DNA from: an uncultured bacterium | GTDB taxonomy: Bacteria; Verrucomicrobiota; Kiritimatiellia; PWTM01 | Reading direction: 5' to 3' | DNA length: 64,000 bases | Assembly: GCA_938010045.1 (NCBI GenBank) | Contig: CALLFZ010000023.1 | Location: 4,762-68,761, forward strand | Part shown: positions 8,849 through 18,019 of the stretch, piece after piece | Layout of the letters: every line of letters starts with the position of its first letter | Position numbering within the stretch: the first letter of the stretch is position 1 | Made by a program: the position numbers and the translations under genes | Notes under the pieces: generated by a model | What the model was told of the DNA's origin: nothing | Database searches by the model: none | What the model saw: only the letters and a program-made list of their open reading frames with translations

Positions 8849-10625
8849 TCACAGTGTGGGCTCGCCGTCTCCCGCCTCGATCCGCAGGGTGACGTTGTCC
8901 ACGAAACAGCGGCACTCGTGGGCGCCGTGCGCCATGATCCCGAACCAGCCGACCGTACGGAAGGTGTCGCGGACCGGCAGTGCTTCAAGACGCGGGGCAC
9001 CGGCTCGCCGGCCCGCCGCACTTCGAGCCGGTAGGTGCCGGTCCGACGCGGCCGAACGGGCACGAGGATCTCGTGGCGGACCCATTCGCTCGCTGTGACG
9101 GTGACGGTGAAGAGGTTCGACCCGCCAGATTCCACCATTCTGTTTCGATGGATTCGCAGAAGGGGCCTTCGAAGTATCGCGGGAGAGCGTTGCGCAGCTC
9201 GAACATCGGCATCGCGCCGGTTTCCCATCGGATGTCCATACCCGCGCGTACGATCCCGTTGGTGGAGTTGAGGTCCAGATGCGGCTGGGACTCGCGGCCG
9301 GGGCGGCGGGAGGGGCCGTCACGGAACTCGAGGCTGCGCCGTCCGCCGCCGCCGGTCTCCTCGGTGACCCGGGACGAGTGTTCCTCCGATCCGAAGCTGG
9401 CGATCATGCCGTGCCAGGGCTGGCCGACCGGCCACTGTTCGAACCCTTCCCGCAGGTACAGAAGCGGAGGTACAGAAGCGGCGTGAAGGCCACCGAGGTG
9501 GCCGGGAACGGATTCGGCACCGGCGGCAGAGTGAGGCGGGGCCGCTCCTCAAGTAACCCGGCGCGCCTCCATGGCGGATCGGCGCCGATGTGGCCGACGG
9601 TGGGCGACTCTGGCGCGAAGGAGTACTCGCCCGCCAAGGGATGGGCAAACCCTGGATCGGTGCCTACGGCGGTTGGTTCCCGTGAGGGCCAGGCCTCGAA
9701 ATCGAGCCCGACGGGCAATTCGATGGAGCTGGGATTCACCCGTAGAGATTGCTCTCGAAGGCGACGTCATCCTTGGGTCCGCGGTCCGGCTCGGCCAGCC
9801 GCGGGTCCATGGCCAACCACCCGCTGTAGCGGATAGAGAAGGGGCCGAGCCTCGCATTGTTCGAGAACTGCATGGTGGTATGGGTTCCAAGCGCGAACAC
9901 GTTGGCGATCAGCTCGTTGTTGCGGCCAGCGTGGGTGTGGAAGGGGGCGTGCTGCGTACGATCAACGCAGGTCGCTGTCGCGCTGTTCGCCGGCCATCGG
10001 GACGCAGATCAGTGATCCGGCGGCGGCATCGTGGAACCCGTCGCCCGGTTCGCCGAGCGCGGCGCGCACGTTGTCGAGCCGAAACCGACTGCCGACGGCG
10101 GCGGCCGTCCACATCCGGCCTGTGGCGACGATCCAATTGCCTTCTCCTGTGCAGCAATCTGAACATAGCCGCCGCGGGGCAGCGAAGGCCGGAAGCGCCG
10201 CTGGTCGTTCACGTAGAGCTGCGCGAACGGCTGCAGGTGCGCACATCGGCCACCCACCAACCGTTCGACTGCACCCGCCAGCTGGTTACGCGCCGGCCAC
10301 CGCTGAGGATCGGCCGCGCGCCGGGCGCTGCCTCGAACACCAGCGGCGCGGCCTCGGTACCGCCATCCTCGGGCCCCAGGGTGATCGGGTCAGAGAGCTC
10401 ATCGACGCCGTCGGCGAGTTAAATCACGAGGGATGTGGAGCGAGTTGGCTCGGCCGCTCGAATCGCCCGGGTGGGCTCGGTCGCGCGCGCGGGCGCGGCC
10501 ATCGCCTCGGCCGGCGAACGGCCGATGAGGTCGTCGCGCCCTTCCGGCGCAACCAACAGATCCGCCGCCGCCGCTCGGCATGTGAAGATCGCCCCACGCC
10601 ACACCATCGGTGTTCTCTGGCTCAA
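8849..10625 (-). pseudogene. Decayed paralog of the beta-helix glycan-active protein at 12369, with internal deletion and an extra C-terminal domain
   Basis: Fragments ADLLVAPEGRDD, LVI*LADGVDELSDPITLGPEDGG, PILSGG, QLYVNDQR, RFRLDNVRAALGEPG, PFHTHAGRNN and DPGFAHPLAGEYSFAPESP match the intact gene in order; in-frame TAA at about 10419 and several frameshifts. Confidence 0.8.
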
Positions 10626-10726
10626 GGTTCCCTTTCTTGTTCGATTCGACCGAGATGCTAGACTTCGGTCTACGGGGCGACAAACTGCGGCGCGGTGGCC
10701 GTACCCCGACGAGAAAGGGCGGCGAC

Positions 10727-11005
10727 ATGGTCACGGCAATTGTACTCATCAACACCGAGCGCCCGCAGGTGCGCTCCTGCGCGGAGGCACTCGCGGCGTT
10801 GCCGGGCGTGTCGGAGGTCTATTCGGTGGCCGGCGCATTTGATCTGGTCGCTATTCTCCGCGTGTCTCGGAACGAGGAGCTCGCCGATCTGGTGACGGGC
10901 GACATGGGGCGCATCCCAGGGATTGTGCGCACGCAGACGCTGATCGCCTTCCGCGCTTGGTCGCGGCATGACCTTGAGCGGATGTTTTCGATCGGTGAGG
11001 TGTGA
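10727..11005 (+). CDS. Stand-alone Lrp/AsnC ligand-binding (RAM) domain protein
   Basis: MVTAIVLI...PGVSEVYSVAGAFDLVAILRV...IPGIVRTQTLIAF; no HTH. Confidence 0.88.
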   Translation: MVTAIVLINTERPQVRSCAEALAALPGVSEVYSVAGAFDLVAILRVSRNEELADLVTGDMGRIPGIVRTQTLIAFRAWSRHDLERMFSIGEV

Positions 11006-12324
11006 ATCGCCGAATGTCAGGTCTCCGCGCCGAGAGCAACGGTGTGCCGGCGATGCGCCTGGTGGGGGGGCGGCTGCTCGATCCTGCGGCCGGCACCGAT
11101 CGGGTGGGCGATCTTGCGATCGTCGGCGGTCGGATCGTGAGCCCGGACGATCCCGCGGCGTGTGGCGCAACGGTACTGGACGTCTCCGGCCATTGGGTCG
11201 CTCCGGCGTTCATTGATCTCCATGTGCATCTCCGCGAGCCGGGCATGGAAGAGGCCGAGACGATTGAGTCCGGCCTGCGCGCGGCGATCGTGGGCGGGTT
11301 TGGCGCGGTGGTCTCGATGCCCAATACCTCGCCGCCGATTGACTCGCCGGGTCTGGTGCGGCAGCTCATTGACCGCGCCCGAGCTCTCGGACTTGCCGCC
11401 CTGTGGCCCGCGGCATGCCTCACCCGCGGGCGCGCGGGGGATGAAGTCGCCGAGATCGAAGCGCTCGCGGACGCCGGCGCGGTGGCCTTCACCGACGATG
11501 GCTCGACGGTGATGCGCGACGACGTGATGGAGGCCGCGATGCGGCGCGTCGCGGCGATCGGCTCGGTGGTGATGGATCACGCGCAGGATCGCGCGCACGA
11601 GCGGCTCGGCGTCGCGGGCGACGGCGCGGCACGACGGCTGGGTGTTCCGGCGATTCCCGCTGAGGCCGAGGTGCGGGTGGTGGAGCGGGACATCCGGCTC
11701 GCGCGCGCGACCGGCTGCCGCCTGCATGTGCAGCACTTGTCCACGGCTGGCGCGGTGGCCGCGGTGCGTCGTGCGCGGGCGGAGGGATGGCCAGTCAGTG
11801 CCGAGGCGACGCCGCATCACCTCGCGCTCTGCGAGGACGACATTCCGGGCGACGACGCGAACTGGAAGATGAATCCGCCGCTGAGGTCGGCTCGGGACCG
11901 TGATGCGCTGCGACAGGCCGTGTTGGAGGGAGCGATTGCATGTCTGGCCACCGACCATGCTCCGCATCCGGCCGCGGCGAAAGCGCACGGTTTTCTCACC
12001 GCGCCGTTTGGCGTGGTCGGCCTCGAGACTGCGGTCGGTGTGACGTGGGAGGTGCTCGTCCGTGACGGCGGCATGTCGCCGCTCGAGTGGGTGCGCCGTT
12101 GGACCACGGGGCCGGCGGCGGTGCTCGGTCGGACCGCGCCGACCCTGCGGCCAGGGGCGCCGGCGGATCTCGTGGTGATCCGAACCGATCGCGAATGGAC
12201 GGTTGATCCCGCACGGTTTTGTTCGCGCAGTCGGAACACGCCCTTTGCGGGATGGCGTCTTCACGCTCGGCCAAAGATGCTGTGGCTCGGCGGGAGACCG
12301 TGGGCGATCGGAGACAAACCGTAG
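11002..12324 (+). CDS. pyrC: Dihydroorotase, class I multifunctional-complex type (start may be ATG 11053)
   Basis: IDLHVHLREPG, MPNT, FTDDG, HVQHLST, EATPHH, KMNPPLR, ATDHAPH, SRNTPF. Confidence 0.92.
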   Translation: MNRRMSGLRAESNGVPAMRLVGGRLLDPAAGTDRVGDLAIVGGRIVSPDDPAACGATVLDVSGHWVAPAFIDLHVHLREPGMEEAETIESGLRAAIVGGFGAVVSMPNTSPPIDSPGLVRQLIDRARALGLAALWPAACLTRGRAGDEVAEIEALADAGAVAFTDDGSTVMRDDVMEAAMRRVAAIGSVVMDHAQDRAHERLGVAGDGAARRLGVPAIPAEAEVRVVERDIRLARATGCRLHVQHLSTAGAVAAVRRARAEGWPVSAEATPHHLALCEDDIPGDDANWKMNPPLRSARDRDALRQAVLEGAIACLATDHAPHPAAAKAHGFLTAPFGVVGLETAVGVTWEVLVRDGGMSPLEWVRRWTTGPAAVLGRTAPTLRPGAPADLVVIRTDREWTVDPARFCSRSRNTPFAGWRLHARPKMLWLGGRPWAIGDKP

Positions 12325-12368
12325 CGGTGGGCGGAGGAACCCGCGCCGCCGAACTCAGGAGGACTGAA

Positions 12369-14525
12369 ATGAAGGGTCAACGGGCAATGTGGGCCTCGGC
12401 TCTGCTTGGGACGATGCTCGCGGGTGGGTTGACGGCGTGTGGCCGCGAAGAGGGGAGCGGCGTCGCGTGGGACTTTGTGGTGGCGCCGGACGGGGACGAC
12501 GGCGGGCCCGGCACCGCGGCGCGGCCGTTTGCGACGATTGAGCGGGCCCAGGCGGCGGTGCGCGAGCTGCGGGCGGCCGCACCCGATCGCGCGCAGGTGC
12601 GTGTGGTGCTTCGCGGTGGGCTTTGGACTTTGGAACAACCCATCGTCTTTCGGCCGGAAGACTCGGCCCCGCCCGGCGGACGCACGGTGTTCGAGGCTTG
12701 GCCGGGAGAACCGCCCGTGCTGTCCGGCGGAGTGCGGCTGGGAGGCGTTCAGGTTGAGCCCGACGGCACCTGGAAGCTGCGGGTTCCGGCCAGCGTTGGC
12801 GCATCCGTGGAACACCTCTACGTGAACGGACGGCGCGCGATTCGGGCGCGGCATCCGAATGCGGGCGACGCGTTTTTGCTCGCCAAGGTCGAGGAAACGC
12901 CGCCCCCAACCAATCGTGCGCGCGCCGCGGGGTCCGTGCTCCGCCTGTTTTTTGATCCGGCCCAACTGGCGCCGCTGGCGTCGCTGTCGTCCGCCGCACT
13001 CTCGCGGGTCCACGTGGTCGTGCACCATAAGTGGGATCACACGCGGCGATGGGTGGAGGGGCTCGACCTCACCGCTGGCGCGATCGTCTCCACGGGGCTG
13101 GCCTCCAAACCTTGGAACCCGATCACGAAGGGCTGTCTGGCCTATTTTGAAAACGTGCCGACGGCCTGCGACGCGCCGGGTGAATGGGCGCTGGAGCCGG
13201 ACGGAACCGTGCGCTACCGCCCCCGTCCCGGTGAGTTGCCCGAGACAGCGGAGATCTGGGCGGCGCGTATCCCCACGCTGCTGCGCTTTGAAGGGGATCC
13301 GGCCGCCGGCCGTTTCGTCGAACGCATTCGCCTGGACGGTCTCCACCTGCTGCACGCGGACTACCGCACTCCGCCGGACGGATTCGAGCCGACGCAGGCG
13401 GCGGCCCAGATCGAGGCCGCAGTGATGGCCGACGGCGCGCGCGAAATCGAACTGATCGGCCTGACGGTCCAGCATACCGGCGCCCATGCGATCTGGTTTC
13501 GGCGCGGCTGCCAGGGTTGCCGCATCGAACGATGCTACATCGCCGATCTCGGCGGCGGCGGGTTGCGCATTGGCGACATATTCCCGCCGGCGAAGCCTGA
13601 GCTCGAGACGTGGGGCAACGTCGTACACAATAACATCCTTCATCACGGCGGACGTCACTTCCCGTGCGCGTGCGGTCTCTGGATCGGCCACAGCGGCACG
13701 AACACCGTCACGCACAACGACATCGGCGACTTCTTGTACACGGGCATCTCGGTGGGCTGGGTGTGGGGCTACGACCGGAGTTTCTCGAAGGCCAACGAGA
13801 TCGCCTACAATCACGTCCACCATATCGGCCAAGGGTGGCTGAGCGACATGGGTGGCATCTACACGCTGGGGCGCTCCGAAGGTACCCGCGTGCACCACAA
13901 CTGGTTCCATCACATCTGGGCCCATACCTACGGCGGTTGGGGGCTGTATACGGATGAGGGCAGCACCGGCATCACGTTCGAGAACAACCTGGTCCACGAC
14001 ACGAAGGATGGCTCGTTCCATCAGCACTATGGGCGCGGCAACGTCGTGCGGAACAACATCCTTGCATTCAGCCGCGACGCGCAGGTTCGCGTCTCGCGCG
14101 CCGACGACCGGAAGCCGCCCGCCGCCGACACGTCAGTGCCCGAGACCCGTGTGACGCTCGAGCGCAACATCATCATTTGGGAAACCGGTGAACCGCTGTA
14201 CTCGCGCCAGCGTTGGGACCGTCTGGCCTGGGAATCCCGCAGCAACCTTTGGTGGTGTGTCGCCGGCCCCGCGACCAATTTCGCTGGGCGCACGCTGGCG
14301 GACTGGCAGGCGCTCGGCAAAGAGGTCGGCTCGCGGGTGGCGGATCCGAAGTTTCGTAACGCCGCCGCGCGTGATTTCGAGCTGGCGGCCGACTCGCCGG
14401 CACTGGCCCTCGGGTTTCAGCCGTTTTCTGTAACCGCGGGCGTCTGTGGAGATCCCAAGTGGATCGAGCGGGCGCGGCGTGCGCCGATGCCGGACGTCTC
14501 GAAGCTGCCGGAGTGGTCGAAGTGA
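12369..14525 (+). CDS. Lipoprotein, right-handed parallel beta-helix protein (GH141-like glycoside hydrolase)
   Basis: SD CAGGAGG; lipobox LTAC; FVVAPDGDD, PVLSGG, HLYVNG, DGGGIY-like DMGGIYTLG, GWGLYTDEGS, DPKF..DFEL..DSPAL. Confidence 0.85.
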   Translation: MKGQRAMWASALLGTMLAGGLTACGREEGSGVAWDFVVAPDGDDGGPGTAARPFATIERAQAAVRELRAAAPDRAQVRVVLRGGLWTLEQPIVFRPEDSAPPGGRTVFEAWPGEPPVLSGGVRLGGVQVEPDGTWKLRVPASVGASVEHLYVNGRRAIRARHPNAGDAFLLAKVEETPPPTNRARAAGSVLRLFFDPAQLAPLASLSSAALSRVHVVVHHKWDHTRRWVEGLDLTAGAIVSTGLASKPWNPITKGCLAYFENVPTACDAPGEWALEPDGTVRYRPRPGELPETAEIWAARIPTLLRFEGDPAAGRFVERIRLDGLHLLHADYRTPPDGFEPTQAAAQIEAAVMADGAREIELIGLTVQHTGAHAIWFRRGCQGCRIERCYIADLGGGGLRIGDIFPPAKPELETWGNVVHNNILHHGGRHFPCACGLWIGHSGTNTVTHNDIGDFLYTGISVGWVWGYDRSFSKANEIAYNHVHHIGQGWLSDMGGIYTLGRSEGTRVHHNWFHHIWAHTYGGWGLYTDEGSTGITFENNLVHDTKDGSFHQHYGRGNVVRNNILAFSRDAQVRVSRADDRKPPAADTSVPETRVTLERNIIIWETGEPLYSRQRWDRLAWESRSNLWWCVAGPATNFAGRTLADWQALGKEVGSRVADPKFRNAAARDFELAADSPALALGFQPFSVTAGVCGDPKWIERARRAPMPDVSKLPEWSK

Positions 14526-14552
14526 GGCGAAGATCGCCGGGAGCGCTGCACG

Positions 14553-14580
14553 TTGACCGCGGTCGGCGCGTGCGTATAGT
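14553..14580 (+). promoter_or_regulatory. Sigma70-like promoter TTGACC-N16-TATAGT, probably giving a leaderless def mRNA
   Basis: -10 ends 6 nt before the ATG; no SD. Confidence 0.6.
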
Positions 14581-14586
14581 GCACGC

Positions 14587-15222
14587 ATGAGATTGCCGCT
14601 GCGCTATTACGGCGACCCCGTGCTGAAGCGCCGCGCGACGCCGGTCGAAGCCGTGGACGAGCGTCTGCGCCGGCTCGCGAAGGACATGATCGAGACGATG
14701 CACGCGGAGGAAGGCATCGGGCTGGCCGCCCAGCAGGTCGGCGAAACCGTTGCGCTGTGCGTCGTGGACGTGCCACCGGCATCGGATGCGGAGGCCGACG
14801 GCCGCCCGCTGAACCCGGGTTTAGAAATGCCGATGGTGATGTTCAACCCGCGCATCGTTCGAGCCTCGGCGACGACCGAACCGCGCGAAGAGGGCTGCCT
14901 CAGCTTTCCGGAGATCCGCGCCAAAATCACGCGGCCGGTGGAGGTGACGGTGCGCTGGCTTGATCTGGACGGCCGCCAGCGCGAGGCGACCTTGCGCGGT
15001 TTGACGGCGCGGTGCGTGCAGCACGAACTGGATCACCTCGATGGAATCCTGATCAGCGACCGCATGTCGCCGGTGGCGCGGGTGGCCCTCGCGGGACGTC
15101 TGAAGCGTCTGCGCCGGCACACGGAGGAGGCCCTCCGTCGGGCGGCGTCCGGCGCCGGCCGGGCCGGTGGACCGGTCCGCTCACGCCAGTACGATCTATG
15201 GGGGGCCGGCAGGCGGCCCTGA
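14587..15222 (+). CDS. def: Peptide deformylase
   Basis: GIGLAAQQVG, EGCLSFP, QHELDHLDG. Confidence 0.97.
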   Translation: MRLPLRYYGDPVLKRRATPVEAVDERLRRLAKDMIETMHAEEGIGLAAQQVGETVALCVVDVPPASDAEADGRPLNPGLEMPMVMFNPRIVRASATTEPREEGCLSFPEIRAKITRPVEVTVRWLDLDGRQREATLRGLTARCVQHELDHLDGILISDRMSPVARVALAGRLKRLRRHTEEALRRAASGAGRAGGPVRSRQYDLWGAGRRP

Positions 15223-15235
15223 ACGCACGAACCGT

Positions 15236-15748
15236 ATGCCGATCTACGAATATCGCTGCACGAAATGCGGGCGCATCTCGCAGTTTCTGGTCCGCAGCAT
15301 GGCCACGCACACAACGCCGGCATGTCCGCGCTGCGGTGCGGCGAGCATGGCCCGGGTGATCTCCCGCGTCACGGTGATCGGCGGCCGCAAGGGTCGCCGC
15401 GCCGCCGCGGCCGAAGCGGAGCCGGAGCCGGCCGGCGCCGTCGGGCCGCCGCCTGCCGACTCAGGCGACGCCGGCGCGGGCGCGAGTGACGAGAACGGGT
15501 TCGAACCCAGCGAGGCGGATGTCGCGCGAATGGAGCGGCTGCTCGAAAGCATGGACGAGAATGATCCCCGCTCGATTGGGCGCGCGATGCGCGAAATGGC
15601 CGCCATTGCGCGCGAGCCGATCGAGGGCGAAATGGAGGAGGTGATCCGGCGCCTCGAGTCCGGAGAGGACCCCGACAAGATCGAAGAACAGATGGGCGAC
15701 GCGCTGGGGGGCGGCGACGATGGGGGCGATGAGCTGTATGACGGCTGA
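15236..15748 (+). CDS. FmdB-family zinc-ribbon protein with acidic helical C-terminal domain
   Basis: MPIYEYRCTKCG...CPRCG; DENDPRSIGRAMREM. Confidence 0.88.
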   Translation: MPIYEYRCTKCGRISQFLVRSMATHTTPACPRCGAASMARVISRVTVIGGRKGRRAAAAEAEPEPAGAVGPPPADSGDAGAGASDENGFEPSEADVARMERLLESMDENDPRSIGRAMREMAAIAREPIEGEMEEVIRRLESGEDPDKIEEQMGDALGGGDDGGDELYDG

Positions 15749-15784
15749 TCGGCCGAGTCCCGGTTGCCGTGGAGGCGTGTGCGC

Positions 15785-16144
15785 ATGAACGCAGGCGGAC
15801 GCTGTCCGTCCTGTGGACGCGAGGCGCTTTGGATCCGCCAGCCGCGGTACGAGGGGTTTCGGCGCGTCGGGGAGGAGTTGAAATGCTCTTCCTGCGGCGC
15901 GCGGGTGGAGATGGACACGGTGACGGCGCCGGCGCCCTCCCGCCCCTCGATCTTCAGTGAGGAGGACTTGCCGCGACCGCCCCGCGTGTTGGATGGCGAC
16001 GAGACTCCGCACTTCTGCCGGCGGTGTCGCCACTATGTCGTGAATCCGTTTCGGCAGTGGTGCGGCCGCCACCGCCGCGACGTGGCCGCCACCGACACGT
16101 GCGATCAGTTCGAGGCTCGCGAGGTGGGCGAATCCGAATCGTAG
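15785..16144 (+). CDS. Small Cys-rich putative metal-binding protein
   Basis: CPSC, CSSC, CRRCRHY, WC..H, C..F; GAG-rich codon pattern typical of coding DNA. Confidence 0.7.
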   Translation: MNAGGRCPSCGREALWIRQPRYEGFRRVGEELKCSSCGARVEMDTVTAPAPSRPSIFSEEDLPRPPRVLDGDETPHFCRRCRHYVVNPFRQWCGRHRRDVAATDTCDQFEAREVGESES

Positions 16145-16896
16145 TCGCCGCCGGACGGTTCATCATCCGCGCAGTCCACTTCGAGCAGGTTGGCCAGGTC
16201 AGTTGGCAGCGGGTCGCGTCCGCGCCACACTGTGAGGCGGCGCCCGAACACGTGCTCGAAGTTTGCCATCATCCGTTCGGCCACCGTGTCCATCGGCGGG
16301 GCTTCGCCGCCGAGGCACTGGCGCAACGAGGCGACGGGCTCTCCGCGAAGACCGCAGGGAATGATCCACTCAAAGCCGTTGGGTTGGGGATCCACGTTGA
16401 AGCTGGTGCCGTGCAGCGTGACCCATCGTTTGATGTGAAAGCCGATCGCCGCGATCTTGCCCTGAGCGGTCCATGCGCCGGACATGCCCGGCCGCCGCCA
16501 GGCGGGCACGCCGAAGTCGGCGCAGGTGCGGATCGAGAGCTCTTCGAGGTTCCAGAGGTGGCCGTGCGCGTCCGCGCCGACGCCACCGAGCCGCAAGATC
16601 GGATACACGACCCATTGGCCCGGTCCATGGTAGGTTGCGTCGCCGCCGCGCGAGGCAATGTGGAGCTCCACGCCCTGGGCGGCCAGTTCGTCGGCTGGGC
16701 GCACCAGGGCCGACCGGCGCCCGCGGCGCCCCAGCGTGATCACCGGCCGGTGGACCAGCCAGAGAACGACATCCGGCACACGGTCGGCCAGGCGCGCCCC
16801 ATGCAGGGCCAGTTGCCAGCGCAACCCCGCGCCGTAGCTCATCGGGCGCGAGCGGAGCACCGCCCACGCCGCTGCGCTCGGGCGCGCGCCGCTCAC
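16105..16896 (-). CDS. lipB: Octanoyltransferase (lipoate-protein ligase B)
   Basis: HRPVITLGRRG, RGGDATYHGPGQWVVYPI, KIAAIG, TLHG, IIPCG; GTG start overlaps the gcvH stop. Confidence 0.92.
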   Translation of the reverse strand: MSGARPSAAAWAVLRSRPMSYGAGLRWQLALHGARLADRVPDVVLWLVHRPVITLGRRGRRSALVRPADELAAQGVELHIASRGGDATYHGPGQWVVYPILRLGGVGADAHGHLWNLEELSIRTCADFGVPAWRRPGMSGAWTAQGKIAAIGFHIKRWVTLHGTSFNVDPQPNGFEWIIPCGLRGEPVASLRQCLGGEAPPMDTVAERMMANFEHVFGRRLTVWRGRDPLPTDLANLLEVDCADDEPSGGDYDSDSPTSRASN

Positions 16897-17285
16897 TCCT
16901 CTTCGTCCGGCGGCAACTGCTCCTCGTACCGATCCGCGTCGAGGAGACTCGCAATCTCCTTGGGGTCGGACATGCGGATTTTGAACAGCCAGCCCTCGCC
17001 GTAGGGATCGCGGTTGATTCGTTCGGGCTCGTCGGCGACCGCGGTGTTCACCTCGATGATCGTCCCGCTGACCGGCGCGTAGACGTCGGAGGCCGCCTTG
17101 ACCGATTCCACGAACGCGACCTCGTCGGAGACGTTGACCTGGTCGTTCAGGTCCGGCAGCTCGACGTAGGTGATCTCCGAGAGCTGCTGCTGCGCGTAGT
17201 CGGTGATGCCCACGGTTGCGACGCCGCCCTTCACGCGCACCCACTCGTGCGTGTTCGTGTATCGAAGCTCACGCGGTATATTCAT
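16893..17285 (-). CDS. gcvH: Glycine cleavage system H protein (lipoyl carrier)
   Basis: YTNTHEW, GITDYAQ, lipoyl-Lys motif ESVKAASDVYAPVSG, DPYGEGW. Confidence 0.97.
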   Translation of the reverse strand: MNIPRELRYTNTHEWVRVKGGVATVGITDYAQQQLSEITYVELPDLNDQVNVSDEVAFVESVKAASDVYAPVSGTIIEVNTAVADEPERINRDPYGEGWLFKIRMSDPKEIASLLDADRYEEQLPPDEEE

Positions 17286-17419
17286 CAGTTCAGCGCTCCT
17301 GACTCGTCAGGCTCGATCGGTCCGTCTGGATTGACCCGATCCGACCCGTCTGACGTCTCTAATCGTTGGAAACGTCCGCCTTCTACATGGCGCGCGCGGA
17401 AATGCAAGCCGCATCCGAC

Positions 17420-18019
17420 TTACGGCGCTGAGGGCGCGGGGGGAGCGTCGGCGGCGGCCGGCGACTCGTTCGATTGGGCGGCCGGTTCCGTCGTCATGCC
17501 GGCGCCCAGTTCCTTCGCCCATTCCGGCAGCGGATACTTCTCGGCGAGCTCGCGGTAGAGGCGGGGGAAGGTGTCCACGACGCGGCGGCCGGCCCACGAC
17601 TCCTCGGCCACGACGCGGTGGAGCCCCTGGTGTGGGATCAGCGTCAGCAGCACGATCGCCGCGATCACCGCGAGCGCGGTGGTGCCCAGCCCCAGCAGCG
17701 CGCCGCCGAGGCGCTCGATCAGCGGCGAGAAGCTGAACCGGAACAGACATCGTGCGACGAGCCTCAGCAGCAGCGCGCCCGTGCAGACGCCGGCGAAGAT
17801 CAGCACATACGCGAGCGCGCGGGCGAGCGCGTCGGGCGGGCCCTCCGCGCCGGCGATCCGCTGGGCGAGCTGCGGTTGGAAACGCGCGGCTGCCCAGACG
17901 GCCGCGCCGAGCATCACGAACGAGAAGACCTGGCGCGAAAACCCGATCAGCGCGCCGCGCACCGCCCCGAGCGCCAGCAACGCCACGATCACCCAGTCGA
18001 GGACATTCAGCTCGGACAT
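17420..18019 (-). CDS. CvpA (colicin V production) family membrane protein
   Basis: NVLDWVIVALL...GALIGFSRQV, ERLGGALLG; four hydrophobic segments. Confidence 0.85.
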   Translation of the reverse strand: MSELNVLDWVIVALLALGAVRGALIGFSRQVFSFVMLGAAVWAAARFQPQLAQRIAGAEGPPDALARALAYVLIFAGVCTGALLLRLVARCLFRFSFSPLIERLGGALLGLGTTALAVIAAIVLLTLIPHQGLHRVVAEESWAGRRVVDTFPRLYRELAEKYPLPEWAKELGAGMTTEPAAQSNESPAAADAPPAPSAP

